A DNA stretch of 64,000 nt from Chrysomallon squamiferum (taxonomy: Eukaryota > Animalia > Mollusca), in contig CM022672.1 of the NCBI GenBank assembly GCA_012295275.1, positions 32,922,001-32,986,000 of the forward strand. The letters run 5' to 3'. The notes under the pieces are model-generated. The model was given only the letters and a program-made list of their open reading frames with translations. It did no database searches and had not been told where the DNA came from. Below, in pieces: positions 27,266-43,507 of the stretch; the first letter of the stretch is position 1; each line of letters starts with the position of its first letter. Position numbers and translations under genes: made by a program.

Positions 27266-29854
27266 TTATTGTTCAAAATCCACGGTCAGTGCCTGGACTA
27301 TCCATGGATCACTTTTAGATCCCTCCCTAAATTCTTCCTTGGTTAGTTTACCATCATGATTCTGAAAACAGAAGAAGAAAAAAAAGATATCTATGGTTAA
27401 AATATATATAAACAGATGTAGGGTCCATGTTTGTATGTCAGTGATGTTTTTTTATATTATAATACAGTGATGTTTTTTTTATTTCTTTATCTTATATGTA
27501 TTTTTGATACTTAACAATGCTATTATAACTTGATAAATGCAAAACAAAAATTTACCAAAAACTTATTTTAAAAATTCATGTTTTTTTCTTTAGAAAGCTT
27601 ATGTATAAAAGCTAAATTACATTAAAAATAATAATTAGTAATAAAATTACTAAATAAATAAATAAGTAAACAACAGTTTTGAAAATTTCTTTACTCCTAA
27701 TATTTTGCCATTTGCAGACATTTAACAGTTTTCATGATCACATATTTTGGATGCAGTTTTGTCAAGTAATAACTCAGACTTGTAGCTATATTAATGATCA
27801 GAAGAAATATTTTATACATTGAAACTGGATAATTAACAAGAGTAAATTAGAAAAAATAAAGAAAAGTTTACTATAAATCTACAAATTATCAAATGAGTGT
27901 AAACTTTTTTAATGCTAAAATAGGTTCATCAATGCTCGGCACAATTAAAAATTGTGCACTTTTTCCACAAAGCATATGTTCTTAGTAAAGAATATATAAA
28001 AAAATGATTTTAAAAATAAAATGGATAAGTTTAACAGATTTAAATATTAGATTCCAAAGTCTGAATATGTAAATAAAGATTACCTTATACTGATTTCTGT
28101 CACATTTTAACTGTGTATAAGTGATATATACAAAAACCAATTAAGACAGCTGCTAATAGATGTACAAATTCTTTGACCTATACAAAACATCATATAAGAC
28201 TGAGCTACAATTAATTACGCATTCTCATTCATAACTAAATAAATAATTGCGACACAATTGTTGCAGATTTAATGTTGACAATCGTCAATGAATAACTATT
28301 TTCCAGAAATCTTAAATCATCCATCTGAAAGAATAGTTTTTAAAAAAAGACTCATTCATTTATTAAGATCATTACAAAATTAATAATTAAGTATTTTATA
28401 GAAATTTACTATAAAAAAAACCTCTCACCAGGTCCATCTGAAGGAATATTTTGTTAACTCGTTTCTGGGGTGTGTCTTCATCCCTGGGTAGGTCCAGTAA
28501 CTCTCCCACCATGCTGTAGATAGCATCAACAATGTCCACCATCTCCTTTTTGGTGATGAAGCCATCATTGTCGAGGTCATACAAGCTGAATGCCCCTGGG
28601 GAAAAACAAAAGGTAAATTTTTAATTAAAATTAATAAAATAATTAGAATTCCTTATTCAGAACTGATGATTTATTTTTAAATTCATAATTAAATTGCAGA
28701 CAGAGTGGTGTAAATAAGTAATTAATTTCATGTGCGAGTATGTCTGTGTTTATATCCAAATAACTTTTTTAGTATTTGTTTTTAAAATGTAAATATTTTT
28801 GTGTAAATGTTTGTGTATATCCATAATTACATTAGTTACTAAATACTCTATCTTTGTTAAAAATAAAATATATTTGTATTATAACTAGTCATACTTTATT
28901 TAACTTTTCTTTTTATCTTATTATGATTGTTATTTAAATATAAAACTAAAAACTTAAAAAAGAACATTTTTTAAAAAACATCTATTCCGAAAAGATTGAC
29001 AATACTTAATTTTTACTTCCATTGATTTTAAATTAACAAATAATACAGGGATACATTTATTTTTACTATTATCATTTTTAAATAGTTTGATAATTTTTGG
29101 CATTTTATCACTTTTTCTAAAGCATACTTGTCATGGATACAACATCTTACATCAAGAACAGAGGTTTCAAATAAAGATGGATATATACATGGCTACACCA
29201 CATGCAAGCAATTACACATATTAACTCTTTTTTCTTTTTTTTAAATTATCTGATACAGATACCATAAATTAAAATAATAATAATTTCTAGATTAACAATT
29301 AAAAATATAAGAACAGGCTAGCATCAACAAAGGGTAGAAATTGGAGCAGCCTGAGATTAAAAGCGGAAGAACTGTGACATAATGAGATCAGAATGGGAAA
29401 AATATGTTCTGGAAAATTGAGAACCATTGCTTTAAATGAACATCACATATTTCATCAAGCAAAATCCATATCTCAGACATATAGTAAGTAATTACATCTA
29501 TCTGTCCACAATTACCAGTGACTGAACTAATGAACTCCCACGTCTGGGCTTACTGTTATCCTATAGTGTGGTTGACAGTTAATTGCTAAGCAGTGGGTGG
29601 TCTCCCTTGCCACCAGATGTGTCTTTCATTATAATTTTCCTTCAATTAATAAAGTAAAAGTAACGAAAATAAACCTAGTGAAAATATACAAAATATGTTT
29701 CAGCTGTTCAGTTAAAAACCACCAAAGCAACAGTTCATTAGTAAAAAATAATAATAATAATTAATTATATTCATATTCTAACCACTGTAAATGTTATTAT
29801 GTGGAGGTTCAGTAAAATGTATTTGGTCTGTTTATTCAAACAATGCATGTATTT

Positions 29855-29935
<81 letters not shown>

Positions 29936-30293
29936 AATATACATATTTATATTTATTTTATAAATCTCTACTTACAGTCCAGTTTCTCATCTAGTGTACC
30001 CCTTGATGTGACAGAAAGAGCACAAACAAACTCTTTGAATGTGATGTAGCCATCCTGTATAGAAAGAAAAACTTATGAAGAAATGTCCAACAGAAGAAAA
30101 TTTATAGAAGAAATTAACTAATTGTTTAATATTATGATATAACTGAAAATGATACATATTGTTTGCAATTTAATTCAATCACCTTCTCTTAAGATATTTT
30201 GTGAAATAAACAAGACAAAAACAAATAAATAAATAAATAATTCACTATTTTTATCATCATCATCATCATCACCATTACTGAAATTGTTTCTTA

Positions 30294-30371
<78 letters not shown>

Positions 30372-31300
30372 GTCTCTCAGTTCACTGTTGCTAGGAGACC
30401 AACAAGTAATTCAGATAATTTATTTACCTTATTTGCATCAAATACATTGAAGACTAATTCAGCAAATTTACTTGGGTTTCCATGAGGAAAAAACTGCTGA
30501 TAAATACTTTGAAATTCCTAAAAAATAAAATAAAAAAGATATAAAAGGAAAAAAAAAAGAAAAAAAATAGAAGAAGAAAAAGATGAAAAAGGTAATAATG
30601 GTTTTCATGACAGCAGCATGATTATATTCTGCTTCTGTCTTAAGCAGGTTTCACATAAAATGACTTATCTTACCAACTCTTAATCTAATTAAGAAAAGTG
30701 AATAGAGTCTTTTGTAGTGTGTCAGTGATTATAACCCGTAAAACTTTTAATTGTGAATCTATCCATACTTTAATTAAAAGAATGAGATACAAAGAATGAA
30801 ATTCACATATTTTACACAAAGTTATGAATGAATGATTATTTATTCTCTTTACTTGCTTTGTTGGGCATTTGTTGTTACCAAAATAAGATATCATCTAGTT
30901 TATACTTGAAAAATCCCTATCTAAGTATATTATCTGAAAATTATTCTTATTTTTCAAATTATCACATTTTATACACTTCATATTTACTACTAGTGAATTC
31001 CTGAAAAAAATAAACTGTACTCTATCAAGGTTATTGTAAGTTGTACAGTGTGAAATTTGCTTTAGGAAGAGATACTCAAAATGAGTCATGAAAATAATTT
31101 AAAGAAAATTGAATTAAAAAAAAAAAATTAAAAAGTGTCTCATCAAATGGTGAATTAAGCATTAAGCTCAATTTATGTTCAAATTTAATGGATTATATTG
31201 ATTAATCCAAAATTTCTTATGTTATGTGGATTTTGTTTTGATTTATGTTTGACATGTACTTAGGCATAAATCAGTCTTTGATAGACATACCATAATAATG

Positions 31301-31337
<37 letters not shown>

Positions 31338-34300
31338 GGGAGGCAGTACATTGTAGACTAAGTTCTGTTTTCTGATCTGACATTTTTTATACCAGAGAAG
31401 AAATTAGAAATTAGAACAAACAATAATAATAATAATAATAATACTAAATAAAAGTAATAGTATTATAATAATAATGTAAGCAACAGTAACAGTATTAGCA
31501 GTAGTAATAATATATGATGATAATAGTAAAAACAATTATAACCCCCAAAAAGTAAATATATATCAAAATTATACTAAATTAAATAAAATTATAGTAACAA
31601 ATAATTAAAAATAAAATAAATTACACACACATATTTATATTTCAACTATTTTCTGCTGTTCATCTGGATGAGTAATGTATATGAAAAAAGAGAAGATTTT
31701 TTGATATATCAATGTTGGATTATTCAAAGGTCAAATACTAATTATTACTAAATTGTGTAGGAGGTAAGCTATAACTGATAGATGGAGGTTTTTGAGAAAA
31801 CATCAGTCAAGGTATTCAACTTTGAGTGTTATATATGTTTACGACAACAACAACAACAACAACACAATAATAATAATCGTAATAACAATAATAACAATAT
31901 CGGGGAGCGTGAGAAAAGAACCATCAGCAGTTCACCTTAAGTTAACCTCAGTCTGTAACAAAAAATAATAATGTAAACATCATCAGTAAACGTGAGCTAA
32001 TTTTATTACTCAGACATGAGATAAACAGTGTGTGCTGTAAAACAGCTAACATTTAAACTACTGAATAAAAGAACAGCAGTAGCAGTAGTTGTAGTAGTAG
32101 TAGTAGTAGTAGTGGTGGAGTAACAGTAGTAGCAGCAGCAAACAGCAGCAATGTGGTAATGGTAGTACTAAATAGTAACAGTAGATGGATTAATATTAGT
32201 AATAGTAGTAGTGATAGTAATAGTAGTAGTAGTAATAGTAATGATAGTAATAGTAATAGTAGCTGTAGTGATAGTAATAGTAGTAGGAAATAATATAAAG
32301 ATGATGATGATGATGATGATTAACAAGTAACTGCCTATAACAAAATAAAATCATTAAAGAAATGTATTAATTCAAATAATGTATTAGGACTGGCGAAGAA
32401 AAAAGACAACACAAAACCCTTCTGTGTGATATTTTAATTTACTTACATTTTTTTTTTTTTTTTTTTTTTTTTTTTGGTTTATAAACTATACAGGTGAAAA
32501 GGTCAATTTATTAGGATAACAGAAGATACACATTGAGATAGGGTAAAAAATACATGAAGACTCTTTATTTGAAAACCAATAAATCTAACATCCGTTGTTT
32601 TATTCCTTAGCTTTTTTTACAAGCTAACGAAGATTTTTAAATGTTATATAATATAATTAAAACACACTTAAATGTATAATATATACATATATACAGGACA
32701 CACACACATAGATAGATAGAATTAGATAAAATAGCACACACACTCACACAAAACCATTCAGTAAATGTGACAGATAGATAAAGATATATAAAGGTAACAT
32801 TGAAATACAACTGTTGTGGATATCTGTTAATAAACATTACAAATATAAATACTTAAAAACATCAAAACTAAAAATAAAATAAAGATAGATTTTAAAAAGA
32901 TGCCTATTTATTCTTGATGATAGGACATTTATCTGGCTATAGTTAAACAACTCTTTCTATATTTTGTTTGTAAAATATACACAGTAAACAAATAAAGAAA
33001 GAAATAAAATAAATTAAAATAAAATAAAATAAAATAAAATAAAATACAGTTTTTTAATTATATTCAAAATATTTAAAATAAAGATATCAATATATATATA
33101 TATATATTATTTTTTTTAAATTTAAAAAAAAAAAAAAAAAAAATTATTTAAGAATTAGAAAATGAATTCCAAGATCTTGAATCACCCCAACATATATTCG
33201 TCTTTCCCAGATGTGTATGGATTTGTTGTTGTAACGAAACCCAACTTGTAATAAAGCGAGCAACTCTACACAGCTGGCAAAACAGACCTGCAATGTCTAG
33301 CAATTTGTATACCCCCTTCCACACTAACACAGAGTACGAGAAACCCAAATGTGTCTGGTATATACATTACATAACACGATGGCCCCACTTAAACAACAAC
33401 AAAGCACATACAGATGTGTGTGAACAGTTTGAAGATTGTACTTTGTTGTGAACTGTTTTTTTGTTCTCGAAGGAATTAACTGTAATGCTTACAACATATT
33501 TTAATAATAAATGGTTATAATGTTTTGTGTGTACAGCTGACTTTGGACCATTTCTTAATAGAAATTAATAATATAATGCTACAGCGACTCCACTACTGCT
33601 TCTACTACTATAACTACCACTGCAACTACTACTGCAGCTGCTAATAATACCACTACTATTAGTTACTAATGCTGTTACTGTTATAGCTACAATTACTAAT
33701 GATAATAATAATTAAAATACATTCATAATGAAATATAACAGAAAATAAATATTAATAAATGAAAATATACTTAAAATAGTTTATTCATATTTATGGATTG
33801 TTTTAATAATAAGGATAATAATGTAATAGTAGTAAAAGTAGTAGTTATAGCAGCAATAGTAGTAGTTGTTGTCATAGCAGTACTAGTAACAGTAATGGTA
33901 GTAGTAATAGCAGTTGTAGTAAAAGTAGTAGTAGTAGTAATTCCAGCTACAGTTGTCTAGGGTTATGAGAAATACGACAGTGTTTAAAGATAATTTCATG
34001 TCCTTTTCAAATTAATATTGTTGTTTAATTAGTCAATAAAGGAATTACAATTATGTTAAAAAAAAAAAATAATGTAAAAGTATAAATGTAATGTCTGTAC
34101 TGACTCAATCTGGCAAATAATCTAACAGATATTGTCAGTTTTTATTTTCAAAACATGGATGGAAAAGACGTATATTTTCTCATGATAATTTCTGTGCATG
34201 AAGGGAAACTTTTTTCTCTGTCTATAAACTTCAAACAAGTCAAGTCTTCATAAATCACTTTGTAAAGAAAACTCTGTAATTCCATTAGGTTTATAAAAAA

Positions 34301-34479
34301 AATATTAATAATAACATAAGTCAGGAACATGTGACATTGATCCATGACCTGATGTTTACACCTGGAAACTAATAAACAGACATAAGCTGTAAGATACACT
34401 AAATAAAAAATCATGTTTTTAGTTTAGCTTATTTTGTGGAGGAAATTTTAATATTTATTAATGATTTCCTAAATTGGCT

Positions 34480-34511
<32 letters not shown>

Positions 34512-37500
34512 TTTATTAACTTTTTGGGGGTGGGGAGGGAGGGGAGTGGGATATAAGATCAGCCTCTTTGTTTCTGTTCTTGACTTAAATTCACCTCATC
34601 TTTCTCGAGTAAGATATAAGTTAAGAAATAAAATATATAATAAGCTAGTTTGTTTTCAGTTGTTGATATTACACTTCACTATGTAACATAGTTAAAAGCA
34701 TGCCTTTCATCTACAGATAAAAATAATTATCTATAATTATAATTAGCTGACTCTCAAAAGAAAATATATTTCAAAAATCAATAAAACCAAAATTGTTTAA
34801 AAATCAGACTGGAAAATGTACAGGGACTGGTACTATAAAGATGAAAACATAGAGAGAGTATTACAACATTTTCATATTCTATAGTCAGTGGATTGATTAA
34901 AAACAGACAGGTAGATGGATTGATAATCACAGAATTTGACAAAAGAATGCAAACAATAATACATCTTTTTTTATTTATTAATAATATTACTTATTTTTTC
35001 AATTATTATTAGTAATAGTGGTATTTGCATAAAATATCAATGAAATCTTTCACATCTTAATATAAATGAATTCACTACCTTAAATGTTTGTTTCTTGTTA
35101 ATTTTTGTTTTAAGATAAGATACATAATATTATTTTACTGTATAAATATATCACTGTTTTAATATAGCATTATTTGTTTATAATAACTATATCACTGTTT
35201 TAAGATAGATACATAATATTATTTTACTGTATAAATATATCACTGTTTTAAGATAGATCATAAAATTATTTTCCTATATAAATACACCACTGTTTTAAGA
35301 TAGGATACATAAAATTATTTTACTATATAAATATATCACAGTAATAAAAAAAAAAAATTAAGACTCCATATAACTGTAGCATACTAATAAGCACACCAAT
35401 TTTATTTGTTTTTAAAATTCATACAAGTTAAGTAAATTCAACAACATATATTTATATCCAAAAAGTGTACGTTTTTATATTTTTTATCATTATTACAAGA
35501 AGCAAAATAATTTTCTGAACAATGAAAAAAACATGAAAATAAGGTTTATAAAGTTTGTAAATAAATAATAAAATAAGAACAATAAACAAGAAAGAAAATA
35601 AACAGGATACTGAGGGGGTATATGTGCAAAAAATCTTATATTTGTTTAATTTTTTTGTATCTGTTATATTCTAAATGTTCTCACTATTACATAAAAACAA
35701 CTACAAACAAATATATAATAAAGATTACTGAAGAAAGCAGGCCAAACTGCTTAGAAGTAATAAAATTGAATACTTTTGGCAAAATTTGAAAAAGTTTCTT
35801 TTTATTTTTCTTTCCTTTTTTTTTGTTTTGAATTTTTTTTTTGGTGATATTTATATATATATTCTGTTTCACTTTATTTTCTTCACAGAATGTTTTTATA
35901 AAGAAATTATTAAATCAGCATTAAGTTTAGTTTAAACAAGAATTAACAATAAAAGAATTTTGTAACTTAAACCATAAAGAGTTCTACAGACAACTTCTTT
36001 CATGTACAGATTTTAAATAAATAAATAAATAAATAAATATAAATAAATAAATAAACAAATAAATAAGCATATGCAAAAATATGGTTAAAACTAAGTAATA
36101 TAGAAAATAAATGATAAAAAAAAGTACTTATAAATAATTATACAAATACTGATTGGAAAAAAAATTAATTTAATAAACTAAAAACAAATAAATAAATAAT
36201 GCAGAAAACCAGTCATGTAAAATAAAATATTTACATAGCATTTTGTATGTACGTAAAGAAATAAAAACAAAATTAAAATAAATACCACTAAAAATATTAT
36301 CAAAAACAGAAAAATAAACAAATATTTATGGAGAATAAATTAATAAAAAAATGAAAATATTATATCAAAATTTTATACATAGTTAAGGGAAATAAAATTA
36401 AAACATAAAAAAATACCTCAGAAAAAATAACTAAATAATAGGGAAAACAAGTAATGAAAAAGAAAACTAATAATATTTGTTAACTATGTCATGGACTGAA
36501 TAACACTATGTGCTAACATAGCAAACAGAAATGTATCAGATGCTTATATAAACACAATGGATACATAATGTACTGTTTACAACATCTTACAAAATACCTT
36601 TACAGTGAACAACTATGATTTATACATTTTTACAAATCTGTCATAAACCCAGCAGTTCATCTAAAAGTTGCTATAAACAGAAATTTCCATTGAAATATGT
36701 TTTCTTTATATTAAAAACTTGAATTTTTCTTCTACACAACATACTTTCAGTTGTTTTTAAGAAATAAGCCACGCTTGTTAAAAATCATTTTTTTTAAGAC
36801 TATTAGTATATTCAGATATCAACATAACAAACTTTCAGTTACTTTTCAAGAAATATTTCAAAAGTTAGTTATAAATCTTGCTTTGCCTTAAGCTCTGCTC
36901 TTAAATTTAGAGTATTTTCATGAAATAATACTATATGGTTTAAAAACCCAACAAATTATCAAACTGTATTTATAACTTTAAATTCAGATAAATAACCAGT
37001 CACTTTCCAGCAATATAAACGAAAAATAATTATAAATTTCTCTTCCAACAACATTTTTTTTTTTTTTTTAAACAGTATTTATAAATCTTATAATCAACAA
37101 TGTTAACATTAACTATTTACAAACCATGTTGCTAAATGTACTAGGTTTTCCCTTCACTTTGCTTATCAGGTTTCACTTAATACGAAATGTAAATCACAGC
37201 CTCGATGAAAAAAAAGAAAACAATCATAACTCAGGTCTTTTGTGAAAACTTATCCCTTCTCGGAGATGTGTCCACCCAGGTGTTGGGGTCGGGGCCAAAC
37301 TTGGCCGTGTATGCGGCGGTCATCCTGGTCAAGCGGGCCACTATGGCTTTCATTTCCTGCTGCGAAACCGACTGCAGCCCCAAGTAGCGGCGCTCAAGAC
37401 CTGGAACTTCAGGCATCGTTTTCCTCGGTCGCGGCGTGATGTACACAAAGTCCTTGTCGAGAAGATCGATTCCCCCTCTGCTCGCCACAGTTGGCCGAAC

Positions 37501-38472
37501 AAGCCTGGAGACAATGGAGTCGAGCTCTTTCGAATTCACCGTGCGCCCGCGAACAACTTGCGACTGAGACGACTTCACCACTCTCGGGCGCAGAAACTGT
37601 CGGTCGCCTTTGGTGGAATTCAAGTACTTGCTGGCGCTGGTTGCAGAGCGGGTGTGGTCGGTTTGCTGTTCTTCGTTAGAGTTTTCACTCATATTCAGCC
37701 TCCCAGTGCTGTCTGTTCGTCCCTCCGTTGTCACTGACTGGCCTGATCTCGGTCGCAGCAGAAGTAATTTTTCCGTGTGTCCAGCGCCGATGATGTTGTC
37801 ACTTTGAGAACATTTGCGACAGAGTTGTTTCGACGGGTGAAGAGCTAAGCGTTCGGACAACTCCAACTGTTCACTGCCACTGACAGAATGCCAAGGACCG
37901 AAACGACGTGAGGGTTTATATTTTTTAATCCTGTACTCACCGAGGTTGTGCGAGGTCGCGTTGTAGCTAATATCCGCCATGTAGTCCTCAATACAGCAGC
38001 CAATTCAGTCAATGAAACTATGATCCAGCGTGGCGTAACAAAACATATTATACGCATTACCTTGCTTGGTCAGCTAACAAGACCAAATTGTTACATCAAC
38101 TGAAGCCATATGAACCAGTGTGGCTAAAAAACATGATATGTCACAGTCCACTGCACAAATGTGCCTTCACTGAGTGTGTCATATCTTCACAATGGCTAAT
38201 CAGTCTCAGCTAATCTCTGTAACTCAAACCATAATCTACCCACTTCAAATGACCCACCATTATCCGCACATTAGCCTTTATGAGTTTTCTAAGTGGTAAA
38301 TTTCTTTAACAAGCTTAAATAAGGTGTTAAGAATTACCAGAGCTGATTACTTCTATGTGAAGGTCTTTAATGACTGGCAGAGGTTGGGGTTAGGCGAGGT
38401 TGTTGTCAGAGGTTTGTGTGTTGTGTGTGTGCACGTGTGTGTGTATGTGTTTGTCTGTGTCGTGTGTGTCTG

Positions 38473-38513
<41 letters not shown>

Positions 38514-39023
38514 TGTGTGGAAGACAGATAAAAACTGATCTAATGAAAACTCAAAACACAGAAATAAAAGCAATATATCAACAATACAATTCTGCTACTA
38601 CTATGTACAACAATAATACTATTACTACTATTATAGCAACTACAGCTGCCACTACTATCGCTATTGATAACAATAATTAAAATTTAATATACATACATTG
38701 TAAATATATATATGATTTAAATGACTATTTTAGACAAAACATTCTAATTTATTTTTAGTCAGCATAGCTTAAAAATAATGATATAATCAAACTTTTCCTT
38801 GAAATAAAGCATGCATCTGTCTGCAACTAAACATAAAACAGACAATATTTTAGGGTTTATATCATTAGTAAGATATTGATCCTCAAACATGAGCAGTGTT
38901 ATTCTCATCCGCTTAAAGAAAAATGAGAAATCTCAAGGCTATTTTTTCTTTTTTTAATGTTGACAGGATAAGCTGGGATAACAAACTGGTGTTTTGTGAA
39001 ACAATATATGCTTGTTCACATTT

Positions 39024-39087
<64 letters not shown>

Positions 39088-39449
39088 ACACACACACAAA
39101 AATAATTGATTCTTGGTGTATTAATGGTAATTCTTAAATAAATAAATACACTCTAGAAGACCAGCAACATGTAAATAAAAACAAACATACAAACATACCC
39201 ACTCAATACACATGTATACATATAAATCCAGATACTAAGACAAACACAAACTAACACATACACACATACATACACATAAAAGAAACCCACTGAAACAGAA
39301 ACATACACATAGATACAAATGCACTCAAAACACTTACATAACACACATTTTATTTTTTGTATTAGATATGTTTATATGTATGTACAAATAAACATTTCAA
39401 AATATATATATATATATGCAAAAACTGTCAGAAGTTTGAAACACACACA

Positions 39450-39482
<33 letters not shown>

Positions 39483-39790
39483 CATAATTATAATTCATCT
39501 GATTATAGCCTCCCAGTGAATAAAACAAACTAGATAGGACTGACTTGGAGTTATGGTTCTTGATCAGACATTAATACCTGTGAGATAATCTTATTATCTC
39601 CTGTATTCAGTATCATGGTGTTTATGAAATATTAGCCTTAATCTAATGCACAGTGTGGGGGAAAGAATTTTAACTCTTGCCAGTCAAACTATTTATTGAA
39701 ACAAATGTGATGTTTTTGATTATTTTAATCTTGTTTGTATCACTCACTTCAAACACACACACATACCAACAGACAACACCCACACTCACA

Positions 39791-39835
<45 letters not shown>

Positions 39836-41157
39836 TATATATCAGAACCATTTTTTCTTTACTTCTCTTATCCTAAATTCATTTTGGTTCTTCACCTTTC
39901 TTTTATTGTTAATGATTGGTTCATTTTTCTCTTTTTATTCTTAATCAATCTTTACTTCATTTTCTTCAATTCGTTTCATCTTTTCTTTAACATTCCTAAT
40001 TATTATTTTTTTCTTTCTTTAAAAAGAAGGATTGTTTCAGACATATACAAAAAAAGACAGGCCTGAGGACAGTTTAGTATTTAATCAAAGGAAGACTGGA
40101 TATATAAATAGAACTCTATTAATCTCGTGGTAAACAACCAAAAAAAAACCTCATAGTATATTAAAATAGAAAATGTAACAGAATAAAGATATTTTTTATG
40201 ATTCATCACAGACTGCAGGTTCTATCCTCTTTAATGTACCATCTTTCATTAAAGCATATGTATGTTTGTGCACTGTGTTCAAGTTATTTGTGTCTTGTGT
40301 TTTATGTTTGTTATGTATTTGTTTATATGTAGGTTTGTGTTACATGTACTATTAACTTGTTTGTGTGAATTAATCTCTATCAAATTCAAAAGGAAGAAAA
40401 AAATTATCTCCATTTGTTATAATTGGTGTAACACTTTATTAACAGATATCAGACAAATATTATTCCTAGAGTCAGTAGTACAAACAACAATTGAATCACA
40501 TTGTTTTTAATGCTTTTCTTGGATACACCACATGTAGGTAGATAGGTATGAGGTAAACAAATAACATATTTATGCTGTCTGACGTATCAACATAAGTGCA
40601 GGAATGTAAACTGACACTCCACCCTGGTGAGACGTCAATCAAAAATTTGTCTCGACTAATCCACGTTCATCAAGTCATCTAATTAACGTATTAACCATTA
40701 AATTTATTTTATAACCTATTAATTCACATCTGTGACACATGACCCATATCATTAAATGTCATCTATGACATACAGCTCATATCATCCGATATCATCTATG
40801 ACATACCACTTAGGACATGACATATCACCAAACTGTTCTTTTGTGTATGGCAAATACTTGTTTTTAACGTGTAAACAGTACAAAAGTTACGTCAGAAACC
40901 TGCCCTTAAATGAACTCTAAATTAAAACGAGCCATCGTGGATTAAGGTTTGACCTAAAAAAAACTAAACTAAGTATTTGAATGGAATTAAAAATGGGGGT
41001 AAAGTTAAATTCTGTCTCCAAATCTGATTAGAGATGTGCTCAACTTCTACATTGGTTTCATCTTCAGTGGTTGATGTTGTCAGAGAGATGGACTCATTAA
41101 TGAAGAGTGAGACAGAGAAATAACAATATACCAATGGATGAACTGGACAGATGGATA

Positions 41158-41206
<49 letters not shown>

Positions 41207-43469
41207 GTGTGTGTGGGTGTGTGGGTGTGTGTGGGTGTGAAAAACAAAACAACAAATACAGCATACTGAACAGTTTGGGGTAATAGCAAAAAATTTAAAT
41301 ATTACATTTTTAATTAAAAATTAAATATCTCAGTTTTAAAATTATTAATAAATTAACAATAAACATGAATATAAAAATCACACACTTACTTCTTTTTTCA
41401 GTACTCCTTTGGGACAATCTTTCATGAAGTCTTTGTACCTAGAAGTTGAGAAAAAAAATATACACTGAAGTTCAAGATTAAATACAGATAATTATGCAAT
41501 CTACAGGTAATCTAAATACCACAGAGAAATAAACACAATATTTATGGCTCACTATGGACTAAAAATATCCAGCCGTAAGGTAATAAGTATCAAATAATTC
41601 CAACATAAATTTATTAGCCGATTTATCAAAAATCCTTTTAAGAACTACCTAGAGGCAAAGAGTGTGGTAGGTATTTCGTGCTTATTTAGAATTAAAAAAA
41701 ATAAATACATTTTGACAGAAAGTTAAAATGTACTCCATTACATGAAAATATTCTTTCATACACCTTTCTGTTCATCTGTCTTTAACCCTTTGTTTGTCTG
41801 TCTCTCTGTGTTTCTTTATCTCTGATCTTGTATCATTTCTCTTTCTGAAGCTGTCTCTCTGTCTCTTTCTCTGTCTCACTCTTTTCCTTACACTCGTGTA
41901 AACAGGTACTCTTATTTACATGATTCTTTTTATACAGATATTCATTTTATATATATAACATTGTTTGTTAGCAAAATACTTAATATTTTTAACATATTCA
42001 TATTCACACACATGCATAAACACGCAAACACACACACTTGTACACAGCCACGCAAATACATTACTCTTTATTTCTCTCAATATTTATACTCACCAATTCT
42101 GTAATTCTACTTGACTAACTGAAAGTAAAAAGACAGAAAACTTTTTTTTTAATAAAGTAGCTGTTGTTAAATTAAAATTAAATGCAAATTAAAACTTAAT
42201 CCTGTTTTTGTTTTTTAAATTAGTGTTTAGTAGTTGTAATTGTAAGAACGGTAGTAGTAGCAGTAGTAAGAAGTACTGGTTGTTATAGCTGTAGCAGTCA
42301 TGGATAGTAGAAATTGCAGTAGTAGTTATGGTAGTAGTAGTTGTCTGTAACAGTAACAGTAATAATAGTGTGTGCTAGTTGTAGCATCAGCAGCTAGTAG
42401 TAGTAGTTAACAGCTGTAGTTGTAGTAGCTGTAGTAACAATAGTAGTTGAAGTATTAGTTGATATAGTAATATTAATAGCTGTACTAACAACAGTAGTAG
42501 TAGTAGTAGTAATAGTAGTTGTAACAGTATCAGTAGTGGTGGTTGTAGTATTTTTGTAGTAATAGTTGTAATAATAGTACAACTAGTAGTAGTAGTTGTT
42601 GTAATTGTGATAATAGAGACTAATAGTAATAGTAATAGTATTTAACTCCTTTATTTATGGTGGGGAGTTGTTTGTGTGTTGATGTGTTGTTTTTTTCTTG
42701 TTGATCATCTATATTTTTCAACAACCAAAAACTAAGGTAAAGAAGAACATAAATAACAGAAGTATGTTTTACAAACGTATAAAGAGAAAACTGATTAAAG
42801 TTGTCAATACTGCAGAGGTGAACAATAGCTTGTAGAGTTAAAGGGATAATTTTAGACTGAAGTCAAACACAAATTTGTGACTGTCGCAGTTGCAGACTGA
42901 TAATTTGTTGCTCAAAATAACTTCCTTGATGATGGATATTTTAGCAAACTTTTATTTGTTTTTAAGTGAAGTTTGTACTTTAAGAGAACAATTTATTTTA
43001 ATTTAAATTGCTATTTTCTAAAATAAATTTTAAAATAGTCCAGTTATTTTCTTGCACTAAAGATAGAACCGTCTACTAGACCCAAAATTAATATAATGTT
43101 TACTTCAGTTTGAATCTTCTTACAAAAATAAAATTTTAAACATTTGACGAATTAAAATTAGTATAGGAAGTTAAAACTCTAAAGATGGTTATTATAAAAG
43201 TCATTCTTCTAAAGATATGATGTAATAATAATAATAATTATAATAATAATAATATAATATTCAGAATAATAATAATATAATATTCAGAATAATAATATAT
43301 ACATTTGTTCAAAAATCCCATCTCAAAATACAAAACGTTATTCTTTTGTTTGTAAGCATGTATTATTTTCATCAATTACAGAGAAATGTAATAAGCACTT
43401 TCCAAAATACAAAGCACGTGAGTTGGAATGAGACTGCAACTCAGTTTATCTCAGCTTAACTCATTATTG

Positions 43470-43507
<38 letters not shown>

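Noticed and set aside
37205-37807. Plus-strand 60-65-aa ORFs overlapping the 249-aa ORF
   Set aside because: Shadow ORFs expected in a GC-rich antisense frame.
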